Assembly: GCA_028713635.1 (NCBI GenBank) | Contig: JAQTNX010000001.1 | Span: forward strand, 2,281-66,280 | DNA: 64,000 nt | Direction: 5' to 3' | Origin: Candidatus Bipolaricaulis sp. | Lineage (GTDB): Bacteria > Bipolaricaulota > Bipolaricaulia > UBA7950 > UBA9294 | In this document: positions 38,052 to 49,801 of the stretch, piece after piece | How positions within the stretch are numbered: the first letter of the stretch is position 1 | How the letters are laid out: every line of letters begins with the position of its first letter | Notes under the pieces: model-generated | The model's input: the letters and a program-made list of their open reading frames with translations, nothing else | The model's database searches: none | Told to the model about the DNA's origin: nothing | Position numbers and translations under genes: made by a program

Positions 38052-40646
38052 TCAGACGCCGGCGAGGGCCTTTCGCCCTTCGGCGAGCGCCTGGTCGAGC
38101 TTCCCGACGTCCGGTCCCCCGCCCTGAGCGAAGCCGCGGCCGCCGCCGCCCCCGCCGCCGAGGATCTTCGAGAGCGTTCGAACGACAGCACCGGCGTCGA
38201 CGCCCTTGACGTCCTTCGAGGCCTTGCAGACGACGACGCCCCGTCCCTCGGCGCCGCCGACGAGGAGCACGACGGCGGGGCGAGAGCGGTCCTCGACCCT
38301 GTCGGCGAGCTCCTTCAGCTGCTCGGCAGAGAGGTCGACGCGTCCGACGATCGTCCGCACGCCCCCCTTCTCCACGGCCGCCGCGAGGAGTTCGTCGACC
38401 TTCGCGTCCGTCTCGGCCCCACGCTGGGCTTCGAGGGTCGCCTCGAGCGAGGCCATCTTCTCGTGCAACCGAGCCAGGCCTGCGCCGGGGTCGTCGCCGA
38501 GTTCGGATCGCATCCGCGCCGCGAACGCCTCTTGGTCGCGCAACAGGGCCAGGACGGAGTCGCCGGTCACCGCCCGGATTCTGCGTACACCGGAGGCGAT
38601 GCCCTCTTCGGAGACGATCCGGACGAGGCCGATCTCGCCGCTGCGGCGGACGTGCGTTCCGCCGCACAGCTCTCGGCTCACGTCGCCGACCTGGACGAGG
38701 CGCACCGTGGCGCGGCCGCGGTACTCGTCTTCGAACAACCCGATGGCGCCTCGGTCGCGCGCTTCCTCGAGCGTCACTTCGTCGATCTTCACGGGGTGGT
38801 CGGCGAGGACGGCGGCGTTGGCGACGTCCTCGACGCGACGGATCTCATCCGGCGACATCTTCTCGAAGTGCGAGAAGTCGAACCGAAGCTCATGGTCGGT
38901 GACCTCGGACCCCGCCTGCTGAGCGTGCTGTCCGAGGACGTTCCGCAGGGCGGCGTGGAGGAGGTGAGTCGCCGTGTGATTCCGTTCGACCCGGCGTCGG
39001 CGCTCGACATCCACGGTGAGTCGGCAACGATCGCCGGCTCGGATGTCGCCCTCGAGAGAGCCGAGCCAATGGAGCGTCGCGCCGTCGACGTGTCGCGTCG
39101 TGCTCTGCACGGCAGCCGATCCGGGCCGCGTCAGGTTCTCGACCCTTCCCGTGTCTCCGATCTGCCCTCCCGACTGCGCGTAGAACGGCGTCTCCGAGAA
39201 GACCACGTGCCGCCGCCCGTCCACCTCTTCGACCCCCAGCACCTCTGCCTCGGCGACCAGCGTCTCGTAGCCTACGAAGCGGGTCGGCTTCTTGTGCCAC
39301 GACCTCGTGACCGTCGGATCAGCTCGAAGCGAGGCGGAGGCCGAGATGTTCGCGACCGACTCTTTCGATCGCTCTCTCTGCTCGGCGAGCGCCTTCTCGA
39401 ACCCGGGAATGCCGACCGAGACTCCACTCTCTGCCGCGATCTCCTGCGTCATCTCGAGCGGGAAGCCGTACGTGTCCGTGAGCTCGAATGCGAGTTCTCC
39501 AGGGAGGGTCTTGTCACCGCTCTTCGCGAGCTCGGCAAGGATCTTCTCCAGCCGGCGCTCTCCATCACGCAGCGTGCGGCGGAACGTCTCTTCCTCCCGC
39601 GCAATTAGCTTCCGTGCGAGGTCGCGGGCGCCTTCGATCTCGGGGTACACGGTGCCGAGCGACTCGACGACGGGGTCGACGAACGAGGGAAGCGAGCCGG
39701 GACGGATGCCGAGCTTCTCCTCGGCGCGGATCGCGCGTCGGAGGATTCGGCGCAGCACGTAGCCCTGCTTCTCGTTCCCGGGCATGACGCCGTCCGCGAC
39801 GAGGAAGAGGGCGCCGCGGACGTGGTCGACAATCGTGTTGCGGAAGGCGCGGTCGGCCGTGCTCAACGAATGGGGCGCCGCCGCCTCGACCGCCTCAACG
39901 ATCGGCGCGAAGACGTCGATATCGAAGTTCGTCGGAACGCCCTGCAGGATCGCCGTCGCCCGCTCGAGCCCCATGCCGGTGTCGATGTTCTTCCGAGCCA
40001 GGGGGCGGAACGATCCGTCCTCTTGCGCGTCGACCTGCATGAACACGAGGTTCCAGATCTCGGCGAACCGGTCGCAGTCGCAGGCCACTCCTCGGCAGTT
40101 CGGGCCGCAGGCGTGGTCCTTCCCCGTGTCGTAGTGGAGTTCCGAATCGGGGCCGCAGGGTCCGCTGCTCCCCACCGGCCCCCACCAGTTGTTCTCCTTG
40201 CCGAGTCGAACGAGTCGCTCCGCCGGGATCCCGATGGTGTCGCGCCAGATGGCGTAAGCCTCTTCATCGTCCTCGTAGACGGTCACGGCGAAGCGCTCGC
40301 CGGGGATGCCGAGCTCGCGCGTGAGGAACTCCCAGGCGAACTCGATCGCTCCCTGCTTGAAGTAGTCGCCGAACGCGAAGTTGCCGAGCATCTCGAAGAA
40401 CGTATGGTGGTATGCCGTCCGGCCGACCTCCTCGATGTCGGTCGTGCGGAAGCACTTCTGGCATGTCGTCGCGCGGGCGAACGGCGCCTTCGCGCGTCCC
40501 CAGAAGTAGTCCTTGAACTGGACCATTCCGGCGGACGTGAAGAGCAGCGTGGGATCGTTCGGGACGAGCGGTGAGCTTGGCAGTAGCGTGTGGCCGCGCT
40601 CACGGAAGAATCCCAAGTACTGGCGGCGAAGCTCGGACGACAACAT
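38052..40646 (-). CDS. alaS: Alanine--tRNA ligase
   Basis: 864 aa. Class II motifs; editing-domain HxxxH...CxxxH; C-terminal DHHA1. Confidence 0.95.
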   Translation of the reverse strand: MLSSELRRQYLGFFRERGHTLLPSSPLVPNDPTLLFTSAGMVQFKDYFWGRAKAPFARATTCQKCFRTTDIEEVGRTAYHHTFFEMLGNFAFGDYFKQGAIEFAWEFLTRELGIPGERFAVTVYEDDEEAYAIWRDTIGIPAERLVRLGKENNWWGPVGSSGPCGPDSELHYDTGKDHACGPNCRGVACDCDRFAEIWNLVFMQVDAQEDGSFRPLARKNIDTGMGLERATAILQGVPTNFDIDVFAPIVEAVEAAAPHSLSTADRAFRNTIVDHVRGALFLVADGVMPGNEKQGYVLRRILRRAIRAEEKLGIRPGSLPSFVDPVVESLGTVYPEIEGARDLARKLIAREEETFRRTLRDGERRLEKILAELAKSGDKTLPGELAFELTDTYGFPLEMTQEIAAESGVSVGIPGFEKALAEQRERSKESVANISASASLRADPTVTRSWHKKPTRFVGYETLVAEAEVLGVEEVDGRRHVVFSETPFYAQSGGQIGDTGRVENLTRPGSAAVQSTTRHVDGATLHWLGSLEGDIRAGDRCRLTVDVERRRRVERNHTATHLLHAALRNVLGQHAQQAGSEVTDHELRFDFSHFEKMSPDEIRRVEDVANAAVLADHPVKIDEVTLEEARDRGAIGLFEDEYRGRATVRLVQVGDVSRELCGGTHVRRSGEIGLVRIVSEEGIASGVRRIRAVTGDSVLALLRDQEAFAARMRSELGDDPGAGLARLHEKMASLEATLEAQRGAETDAKVDELLAAAVEKGGVRTIVGRVDLSAEQLKELADRVEDRSRPAVVLLVGGAEGRGVVVCKASKDVKGVDAGAVVRTLSKILGGGGGGGRGFAQGGGPDVGKLDQALAEGRKALAGV

Positions 40647-40695
40647 CGGGGGTCTCCTTGTGCACCGTCGGGTGGCGGAATAGTAGACGCCCTAA

Positions 40696-42063
<1,368 letters not shown>

Positions 42064-42096
42064 AACAGCGGTTCGCAGCGACGGGAGAGAGGGGCG

Positions 42097-42417
42097 ATGA
42101 GGGGACTCTGGGCGAAGGTGGCGCGAAGCGTCCGCTGGCCGACGCGCCGGGGGCGGCGCTGGGTGGCTCTTGGGATTGCGGCCTTCGTCGTGCTGTTCGT
42201 GCTCGGGACCTTCGTCAGTCGTGGGCTCGGCATCCTCCACCTGCGGCACGACCTTGTCCGCCTCGAGAAGGCCACGGTGGAGGCGACGGCAGAACAGAAA
42301 CGGCTGCGTGCCGAGTTGGCCTCGGCGTCCAGCTCCAGAGTGCTGGAAGACAAAGCTCGCGAGGAACTGGGTCTCATCAAGCCGGGTGAAGAGAAGGTCA
42401 TCTTCGTCGAGGAGTAA
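42097..42417 (+). CDS. ftsB: Septum formation initiator (FtsB/DivIC family)
   Basis: TM plus coiled coil; conserved position after eno. Confidence 0.6.
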   Translation: MRGLWAKVARSVRWPTRRGRRWVALGIAAFVVLFVLGTFVSRGLGILHLRHDLVRLEKATVEATAEQKRLRAELASASSSRVLEDKAREELGLIKPGEEKVIFVEE

Positions 42418-42422
42418 GCCCG

Positions 42423-45400
42423 TTGCCGAGCCGATTCGTCCATCTCCACGTGCACTCTGAGTACAGCGTCCTCGACTCGTCGTGTCGCCTTTCCGACCTG
42501 ATCGAGCGGGCCTCCGCAGGCGGCATGGGCGCGCTCGCGCTCACCGACCACGGCGTGCTGAGCGGAGCCGTGAAGTTCTACCGGGAGGCCCGGGACCGCG
42601 GGATTCACCCCGTGCTTGGCTGCGAGGTGTACGTCGCTCCCGGCGACCGGCGCGACCGCTCGGGTGGAGAGGGCGGCCGGTACTTCCATCTTGTGCTGCT
42701 CGCCGAGAACGACGTCGGGTTTCGCAACCTCGTGCAGATCGTGAGCGCCGCGCACACCGAAGGCTTCTACTACCGACCCCGGGCGGACAAGGAACTCCTG
42801 GCGGCCCACGCCGAAGGCCTGATCGCCCTCTCGGCGTGCGAGTCGGGCGAGATCCCGCGGCTGCTTTCGGCCGGGAAGGAACGCGAGGCCGATGACGTTG
42901 CTTTGGCGTACGCAACGCTCTTCGGGCCGGATCGCTTCTACATCGAGATTCAGAACCACGGCACGGAGCGCGACGCGCAGCTCCGCCGTCGCCTGATCGA
43001 CCTCGCCCGCCGACTGAACCTGCCGCTCGTCGCGACGAGCGACGTCCACTACCTCGATCCGGACGACAAGCTGGCCCACGAGGTTCTGATCAACATCCGG
43101 GCCAACCGAACGCTCGCCGATCCGGAACACCGGACGTTCGACGGGAACGGCTACCACTTCCGAGGCGGCGACGAGATGGAGACGCTGTTCGCGGACGTGC
43201 CGGACGCCATCGACAACACCCGCGCGATTGCGGAGCGCTGCCGGGTGGAGTTCGACTTCAACCGGATCCTGATTCCTCCGTTTCCCCTTCCGGATGGAGC
43301 CACCGACACCGACGCCTACCTGCGGGAACTCGCGTACGCCGGCGCGGCGGAGCGGTACGGCGAGATCACTCCGACGGTCCGGGAGCGACTGGAGTACGAG
43401 CTCGCCGTCATCGCGACGATGTCGTACAGCACGTACTTCCTCATCGTCTGGGACTTCGTGCGATTCTCGAAGAGCCAGGGGATCGCTGTCGGACCGGGGC
43501 GGGGATCCGCGGCGGGAAGCCTCGTCTCCTACGCGCTCGGGATCACGGGCGTCGACCCGCTTCGCTACAACCTGATCTTCGAACGGTTCCTGAACCCCGA
43601 TCGCGTCAGCATGCCGGACTTCGACATCGACTTCTGCATCCGTGGACGGGATCGGGTCATCGACTACGTCCGCACGAAGTACGGAGGAGAGCGTTGGTGG
43701 GAGCGGATCGCTCAGATCGCGACGTACGACCGGATGGCCGCGCGGAGCGTCGTGCGCGACGTCGGTCGCGTCTTGGGCCTTCCGTACGGCGAAGCCGACC
43801 GGATCGCCAAGCTGATCCCGTTCGGCTCGAAACTGCAGGCCGCCGTGGACAGCGTCGTCGAGCTGAGGACGCTTTATGAGGAGAACGAGAACGTCCGCCG
43901 GGTCATCGACATCGGACTGCGGCTCGAGGACCTCACTCGAAACATCTCGACGCACGCCGCGGGCGTCGTGATTGCGCCCGACGAGCTGGCGAAGCACGCG
44001 CCGCTCCTTCGCGTGGCGGAGAACGAGTACGTGACGCAGTTCGACATGAACGACATCGAGGCCATCGGGCTCCTGAAGATCGACTTCCTCGGCCTTCGAA
44101 ACCTCACCATGATCGCGGATGCGCTGGCCTCCCTGTCGGCCCAGGCGGGGATCGAGATCGATCTCGAGTCCATTCCCCTCGACGACGACGCGACGTTCGC
44201 CGTCCTGCGCGAGGGGAGCACGGATGGGATCTTCCAGCTTGAGGGCTCCGGGATGACCGGCCTCATCCTCCGGGTGCAGCCCAATCGGTTCGAAGACCTG
44301 ATCGCCCTCCTTGCCCTGTACCGCCCCGGCCCTCTCGAGAGCGGGATGGCGGACGAATACGTGGAGCGCCGCTCCGGCCGGAAGCCCGTGACGTACGCCC
44401 ACTCGAGCATTCGCGGGATCCTGGAGGAGACGTTCGGGCTTCCGATCTACCAGGACCAGCTGATGCTGATGACGCAGAAGCTGGCGGGCTTTACGCTCGC
44501 CCAGGCCGACACGCTACGGAAGGCGATGGGGAAGAAGAAGAAGGAGATCATGGCCGGCCTCCGCGAGAAGTTCATCGACGGGTGCCGGGCGCACGGGCTG
44601 TCGCAGGAGTTGGCGGCGACCACGTTTGACGACATGGAGAAGTTCTCGCGTTACGGGTTCAACAAATCGCACGCGACGGCCTACGCGTTCATCTCGTATT
44701 GGACGGCGTACCTGAAGGCTCACCACCCGACCCACTTCATGGCCAGCCTGCTCACGAGCGTGCAGGGGGATGCCGACAAGGTCGCGGAGTATATCGGGGC
44801 GTGCCGCGACATGGGAATCGAGGTGTTGCCTCCCGACATCAACGAGAGCCGCCGGGAGTTCTCGCCGGTCGAGGAGGGACGAATCCGGTTCGGCCTCGGG
44901 GCGATCAAGTACGTGGGAGAGAACGCCATCCAGGCGATCCTGGCCGCGCGCTCGAGCGGGCCGTACGCCTCGTTCTTCGACCTGTGCCGCCGCGTCGACG
45001 TGGACGGCCTCGACCGCGAGACCCTCGAGGCCCTCGTGAAGTCGGGAGCGTTCGACCGGCTCGGCGCGACTCGCCGCGGCCTCCTGCGGCATCTCCCCGA
45101 GGGACTCGAGATGACCCAGGTCGCGCGGCGCGAGCGGCTGACGGGGCAGCAGTCGATCTTCGCTAGCCTGGACGACGTCCGAGCGGATCCGGCGATTCGC
45201 GAGGAGGAGTTCGACCGTGCCGACCTGCTGGCGTTCGAGAAGGAGCTCCTCGGCCTGTACGTGACCGCCCACCCCCTCGAAGCGTACTCCGACCTTCTTC
45301 AGACCTACTGCCGCTCGATCCGCGACGTCACGGCGATGTCGGAAGGCGAGACGGCCACGATCGGTGGGCGTGTGAAGCGCCTGCGGCGCATCGACACGCG

Positions 45401-45857
45401 TCGTGGAGACCAGATGGCGTTCGTGACGATCGAGGACGGGGTCTCCGACGTCGAGGCCACCGTCTTTCCTCGGGCGCTCGACGGGTGTGCGGCGCTGTTG
45501 TCCGAGGATCGGCTGATCGGCGCCGTCGTGGAGGTGGGGAGACGCAACGGGCAGGTGAACCTTGTCGTCCAGGACCTGTTCCCGCTCGAGGAGATCGCCG
45601 GTCGCCGCGCGATGCAGATGACGCTCGTTCTGGACGGCGCTCGGGTCGACTCGATCGCTCTCGCGCAGCTGCGCGACGTCCTCAGCCGCCACCCGGGCCC
45701 GACGCCGGTCGTTCTCGAGCTCACGGACGCGACGGGCGCCGTCCTGGTGTCGGCCGGCGACACGCTCGGGGTGGCTCCGAGTCCCGCTCTTCACTCGGCG
45801 CTCGTGACGCTTGCCGGAGTGCTTGGCGTGTCCCTCTCGGAGCGGGGTGCGGCGTGA
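42423..45857 (+). CDS. dnaE: DNA polymerase III alpha subunit
   Basis: N-terminal PHP domain (FVHLHVHSEYS), polymerase core, OB fold. TTG start. Confidence 0.95.
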   Translation: MPSRFVHLHVHSEYSVLDSSCRLSDLIERASAGGMGALALTDHGVLSGAVKFYREARDRGIHPVLGCEVYVAPGDRRDRSGGEGGRYFHLVLLAENDVGFRNLVQIVSAAHTEGFYYRPRADKELLAAHAEGLIALSACESGEIPRLLSAGKEREADDVALAYATLFGPDRFYIEIQNHGTERDAQLRRRLIDLARRLNLPLVATSDVHYLDPDDKLAHEVLINIRANRTLADPEHRTFDGNGYHFRGGDEMETLFADVPDAIDNTRAIAERCRVEFDFNRILIPPFPLPDGATDTDAYLRELAYAGAAERYGEITPTVRERLEYELAVIATMSYSTYFLIVWDFVRFSKSQGIAVGPGRGSAAGSLVSYALGITGVDPLRYNLIFERFLNPDRVSMPDFDIDFCIRGRDRVIDYVRTKYGGERWWERIAQIATYDRMAARSVVRDVGRVLGLPYGEADRIAKLIPFGSKLQAAVDSVVELRTLYEENENVRRVIDIGLRLEDLTRNISTHAAGVVIAPDELAKHAPLLRVAENEYVTQFDMNDIEAIGLLKIDFLGLRNLTMIADALASLSAQAGIEIDLESIPLDDDATFAVLREGSTDGIFQLEGSGMTGLILRVQPNRFEDLIALLALYRPGPLESGMADEYVERRSGRKPVTYAHSSIRGILEETFGLPIYQDQLMLMTQKLAGFTLAQADTLRKAMGKKKKEIMAGLREKFIDGCRAHGLSQELAATTFDDMEKFSRYGFNKSHATAYAFISYWTAYLKAHHPTHFMASLLTSVQGDADKVAEYIGACRDMGIEVLPPDINESRREFSPVEEGRIRFGLGAIKYVGENAIQAILAARSSGPYASFFDLCRRVDVDGLDRETLEALVKSGAFDRLGATRRGLLRHLPEGLEMTQVARRERLTGQQSIFASLDDVRADPAIREEEFDRADLLAFEKELLGLYVTAHPLEAYSDLLQTYCRSIRDVTAMSEGETATIGGRVKRLRRIDTRRGDQMAFVTIEDGVSDVEATVFPRALDGCAALLSEDRLIGAVVEVGRRNGQVNLVVQDLFPLEEIAGRRAMQMTLVLDGARVDSIALAQLRDVLSRHPGPTPVVLELTDATGAVLVSAGDTLGVAPSPALHSALVTLAGVLGVSLSERGAA

Positions 45858-47179
45858 CCTGGTTCTCGCGAGGGATCTTCCGGTGGCTCTACCCTGGAAT
45901 GGGAGTGAAGCGCTGGGTGCTGCTCGCGTTCGCCTCGATGGCGGTCGTGGCCACGGCCGTGCTCTATGCCCTCGGCGTGGAGCTCGTCCGGATGCTCTAC
46001 CGTGCCGTTCCGTTGCGCGCGACGGATCGGTACATCGTCATGGGCGTCCTCCTGATCGTGGGGCTCGGCGTCTTTGCCTACGCCATCGTCCGCCTTGTGC
46101 GGTCCGTCGCGCGGGGCGTGGCGCCCCTGGCCCACGAGAAGACGTCCGAGCTGATCTACCGCACCCGCATTCTCGAGCGCGCGCCGCACGTCGTGGCGAT
46201 CGGAGGAGGCACCGGGCTGTCGACTCTGCTGCGCGGGATCAAGCAGGCCACGGCGAACCTCACCGCCGTCGTCACGGTGATGGACGACGGGGGAAGCTCC
46301 GGGAGGTTGCGCGAGGAGATCGACGTCCTGCCCCCCGGCGACGTGCGCAACTGTCTGCTCGCGCTGGCCGAGGACGAGTCCCACTTCTCGGACTACTTCC
46401 AACACCGCTTCGTCTCGCCCGGAGAGCTTGCCGGTCACTCGCTCGGCAACCTCGTTCTGGCGGGACTCGAGCAGGCCACGGGCGGCTTCGATCGTGCCAT
46501 CGAAGCGATGAGTCAGTTCCTGAGCATTCGAGGGCGCGTCCTGCCGGCGACGCTGGCCAGAACCCGGCTTGCGGCGCGGATGGAGGGCGGCGCGGTCCTG
46601 GAGGGAGAAAGCGCCATCGGCGGGGACGGCCGCAGGATCGAGTCGATCTTCCTCACCCCCTCGCCCGCCCCTGCGTACGCGAAAGTGCTCGAGGCGATCG
46701 CGGACGCCGATTTGATCATCCTCGGCCCGGGGAGTCTCTTCACGAGCCTGATCCCGAACCTGCTGGTGGAGGGCATCGCGCGGGCGATCGAGGAGTCCTC
46801 GGCGGAGAAGATCCTTGTCGCGAACCTGATGACCCAACCGGGAGAGACGACGGGATACACGCTCTCGGATCACCTTCGCGCGCTCGAGTCGTACGTCGAG
46901 GTCCGATGCTTCGACCTCCTCTTCGTCAACTCCGCTCGCCCGACCGAGCTCCTGCTTGCCGGGTACCGCGACGAAGAGGCGGAGCCCGTCGTCGACGACC
47001 TTCCCACGCCGAACTCGTACGGCCTGACCGTGGTGCGAGAGGATCTGATTGGGCTGGCGAACTGGGTGGGCAAGACGACGGTCAAGCACGACCCGGACAA
47101 GCTGGCGCGTGCCATCGTCCGTCACAGCAAGGCGTTTCCGCGCCGTGCGACCGGAGACTCCGCGGACGTCTCGATCTAG
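45854..47179 (+). CDS. yvcK: YvcK/CofD-family gluconeogenesis factor (UPF0052)
   Basis: VAIGGGTGLSTLLRGIK motif. GTG start overlaps the dnaE stop. Confidence 0.8.
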   Translation: MTWFSRGIFRWLYPGMGVKRWVLLAFASMAVVATAVLYALGVELVRMLYRAVPLRATDRYIVMGVLLIVGLGVFAYAIVRLVRSVARGVAPLAHEKTSELIYRTRILERAPHVVAIGGGTGLSTLLRGIKQATANLTAVVTVMDDGGSSGRLREEIDVLPPGDVRNCLLALAEDESHFSDYFQHRFVSPGELAGHSLGNLVLAGLEQATGGFDRAIEAMSQFLSIRGRVLPATLARTRLAARMEGGAVLEGESAIGGDGRRIESIFLTPSPAPAYAKVLEAIADADLIILGPGSLFTSLIPNLLVEGIARAIEESSAEKILVANLMTQPGETTGYTLSDHLRALESYVEVRCFDLLFVNSARPTELLLAGYRDEEAEPVVDDLPTPNSYGLTVVREDLIGLANWVGKTTVKHDPDKLARAIVRHSKAFPRRATGDSADVSI

Positions 47180-48648
47180 CCCTTGATGACGGCCAACGGC
47201 CGCAGCCGCGCGACGGGGACGTTGATTCCGGCGGCCACGGCGGCGCGCACGACGCTGTCGACATCCTTGTAGGCCCCCGGCGCCTCCTCGGCGATGCCTC
47301 GCTGGTCGTGAGCCAGAAGGCGAATCCCCTTCGCCGCAAGGTCGGACAGGATCGCGTCGCTGCGGAACTGTTTGATGGCCTGGTTCCGCGAGAGGGCGCG
47401 CCCCGCCCCGTGGATTCCGCTGCCGAAAGCCAGTCCCATGCCGGCTGACGTTCCGTGCATGACGTACGACGCCGTTCCCATGGTTCCGCCGACGAGGGTC
47501 GGGTGGCCGACCTGGCGGTACGCGGGCGGGACGTCGCTGCGGCCGGGGCCAAACGCGCGTGTAGACCCCTTTCGGTGGACAAGGAGGCGACGCACGACGC
47601 CGCCGATCTCGTGCGCCTCGATTCGGACGTGGTTGTGGCCGATGTCGTACACGGTCTGGATCGTTTCGGGGGCGATGCCGCAGCTTCGCGCGAGCGAGGT
47701 CCTCACGAGGTGCGTGATCGCCTGGCGATTGGCGAACGCGCAGTTCGCTCCGCAGGCCACCGCCGCCAGGTACCGCTGTCCCTCCGGGCTCCGGACCGGG
47801 GCGCACACCATCTCCTGGTCGGGGATTCGAATGCCGTACTTCTCGCAGGCGGAGGCCATCTCTCGTAGGGAATCCTGGCCGATCTGGTGGCCGAGCGCGC
47901 GAGAGCCGGTGTGCACGGAGACGACCACCTGGGTGGCGGTGAGCCCGAACGCGCGTGCCGCCTTCGGCTCGAGGATTTCCTCGACGATCTGCACCTCGAG
48001 GTAGTGGTTGCCCGAGCCAAGGGTGCCCACCTGCTGGAATTGCCGCTGCTTGGCGAGTGCGCTCACGGCGTCTGGCTCCGCGCCGTCGACATGCCCGTTC
48101 TCCTCGGTGTACTCGAGGTCGCTCCCGATCCCGTTCCCGAGTCGGACGACGTACGGAGCCCCCTCCCGGAGCACACGGTCGATTTCCTTCGTCGACAGGC
48201 ACAGGGCGCCCTTGGATCCAAGCCCCGCGGGGACCGCCCGATAGAGGTCCGCCGCGATACGGTCAATGTCCGGTGCCACATCGCCGCGATGAAGGGGAGT
48301 GCGCAGGAGGCGAACCCCGCAGTTGATGTCAAAGCCGACGCCTCCGACCACGACGACTCCGCTGTCCAGGTCGAAGGCTCCGACCCCGCCGATCGGGAAG
48401 CCGTACCCCGGGTGGACGTCGGGGAGAGCAAGGGCCGGCGCCACGATGCCGGGGAGGCTTGCCACGTTCTTCAGCTGGCGGAGTGCGCTCCAACCCTTCG
48501 GGTCGGCGGCCTCGCCGCGGAGCTGGCCGATGCTCTCGACGTCAGCGTAGATCCGTCCGGCGACGAGCATTCCGTCGTGGGGTGCCAGGACCCACTCGAC
48601 GTCGCCAACTCGTTCCATGTGGTCCAAGATGCTCAACGCAACCCCCAT
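47176..48648 (-). CDS. rtcB: RNA-splicing ligase RtcB
   Basis: Metal-binding and GMP-His motifs (DINCGVR; HNH at the nucleotidylation site). Confidence 0.9.
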   Translation of the reverse strand: MGVALSILDHMERVGDVEWVLAPHDGMLVAGRIYADVESIGQLRGEAADPKGWSALRQLKNVASLPGIVAPALALPDVHPGYGFPIGGVGAFDLDSGVVVVGGVGFDINCGVRLLRTPLHRGDVAPDIDRIAADLYRAVPAGLGSKGALCLSTKEIDRVLREGAPYVVRLGNGIGSDLEYTEENGHVDGAEPDAVSALAKQRQFQQVGTLGSGNHYLEVQIVEEILEPKAARAFGLTATQVVVSVHTGSRALGHQIGQDSLREMASACEKYGIRIPDQEMVCAPVRSPEGQRYLAAVACGANCAFANRQAITHLVRTSLARSCGIAPETIQTVYDIGHNHVRIEAHEIGGVVRRLLVHRKGSTRAFGPGRSDVPPAYRQVGHPTLVGGTMGTASYVMHGTSAGMGLAFGSGIHGAGRALSRNQAIKQFRSDAILSDLAAKGIRLLAHDQRGIAEEAPGAYKDVDSVVRAAVAAGINVPVARLRPLAVIKG

Positions 48649-48693
48649 GCTGCGACGCCGTCGTTCTCCGTCACAGCGACGTCACCGGATCTC

Positions 48694-49116
48694 TCAAACA
48701 TCGGCGACAAACTCAGCGTACCACACGCCGGCCGCTTTGCGGACGTCGAGCCCAAGGTAGGTGATCCCCTTGACCTCGCCGCTCGGTTCGTGGCGCTCGG
48801 GGTCGAGTGTCTCGCCGAGCGCTCGGCCGCGAAGCTCAAAACCAAGCTCGATCGCGCGCACGTCGACGTCGAAGCGGGAGAAGACGAGGCTCTCAAGGTC
48901 CTTCGGCACAAGAAGCGCTGCCAACCATGCGACGAGAAGACCCCTGAGGGAGTCGGCCTGGAGGGTGTAGTCGCGCGGAATTCTCGGTTCGACCCGGTCG
49001 GTTCGGACCATCTTCGAGAACATCGCGAGCGCCGCTTCGGCGAACGCCTCGCCGATGTTCGATCCCCACGCCCGGATGGCCAGGTCGGCGGCGTGGTCGA
49101 GGTAGACGAAGGGCAT
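48694..49116 (-). CDS. Archease (RtcB activator)
   Basis: 140 aa. N-terminal DHAADLAIRAWG and C-terminal KGITY motifs. Confidence 0.75.
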   Translation of the reverse strand: MPFVYLDHAADLAIRAWGSNIGEAFAEAALAMFSKMVRTDRVEPRIPRDYTLQADSLRGLLVAWLAALLVPKDLESLVFSRFDVDVRAIELGFELRGRALGETLDPERHEPSGEVKGITYLGLDVRKAAGVWYAEFVADV

Positions 49117-49126
49117 CGACGCTCCC

Positions 49127-49690
49127 CTACGTCTCCGTCCGTAGCGGGACGGAGAAGAGCGAATCGTACGTCGGCCCGTGGGGGGTGAGCCGGCTCTCCA
49201 TGAGGACAAGACGATCGACGCGAAGTGAGTGAGGTGGGAACGGGCCGAGCGCCTCGACGACGCGGGGGAGGCGGGCGTCGGGGCGCCCCTTGATCCGCAC
49301 CATCGTGATGTGAGCGACGGTCTCGGGCCGCTCGGGGGCGAATCCCAGCTCGTGGAGCTCCCGCTCGAGCGCCCCGGCGAGGTTCCCAAACGCCGGATCC
49401 GCCGTAGCACCGACCCACAAGACCCGCGCGCGGTCGATCGAGGGAAACGCGCCAAGCTCGGCCACACGGAGCGTGAAGGGAGCGAATCCACGGGCAACGC
49501 CGCCCGCGGCCGTCTCGAGCGCGCCGGTGAGGTCTGGGTCGATCTCCCCAAGGAAGCGGAGCGTAACGTGGTAGTTGTCGGGTCGGACCCACGAGGCCGG
49601 CATGGTGGTTTCGCGGCGGATTCGCTCCGCGACGCGTCCGACGTGCATGCGAAGCGCGCCGTCGATCGGCAGAGAGAAGAACGCTCTCAT
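49127..49690 (-). CDS. thpR: RNA 2',3'-cyclic phosphodiesterase (2H phosphoesterase, ThpR/LigT)
   Basis: Two H-x-T/S-x motifs: HVTLRF and HITMVR. Confidence 0.8.
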   Translation of the reverse strand: MRAFFSLPIDGALRMHVGRVAERIRRETTMPASWVRPDNYHVTLRFLGEIDPDLTGALETAAGGVARGFAPFTLRVAELGAFPSIDRARVLWVGATADPAFGNLAGALERELHELGFAPERPETVAHITMVRIKGRPDARLPRVVEALGPFPPHSLRVDRLVLMESRLTPHGPTYDSLFSVPLRTET

Positions 49691-49801
49691 GGCTCCCCCC
49701 TTGGGTTCCGGGCTGCGCCCATCATACCCGTTCCGTTGGGTCGCCTGCCGAGCGTCCGCGGCGCGCTTTGTGGACTCCTCGCCGACCTATACAATCCGGG
49801 C

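Noticed and set aside
49229-49801. 191-codon N-terminal extension of the giant protein ORF
   Set aside because: The extension overlaps the thpR gene on the other strand and is Arg-rich. A proper signal peptide begins at the ATG at 49802.
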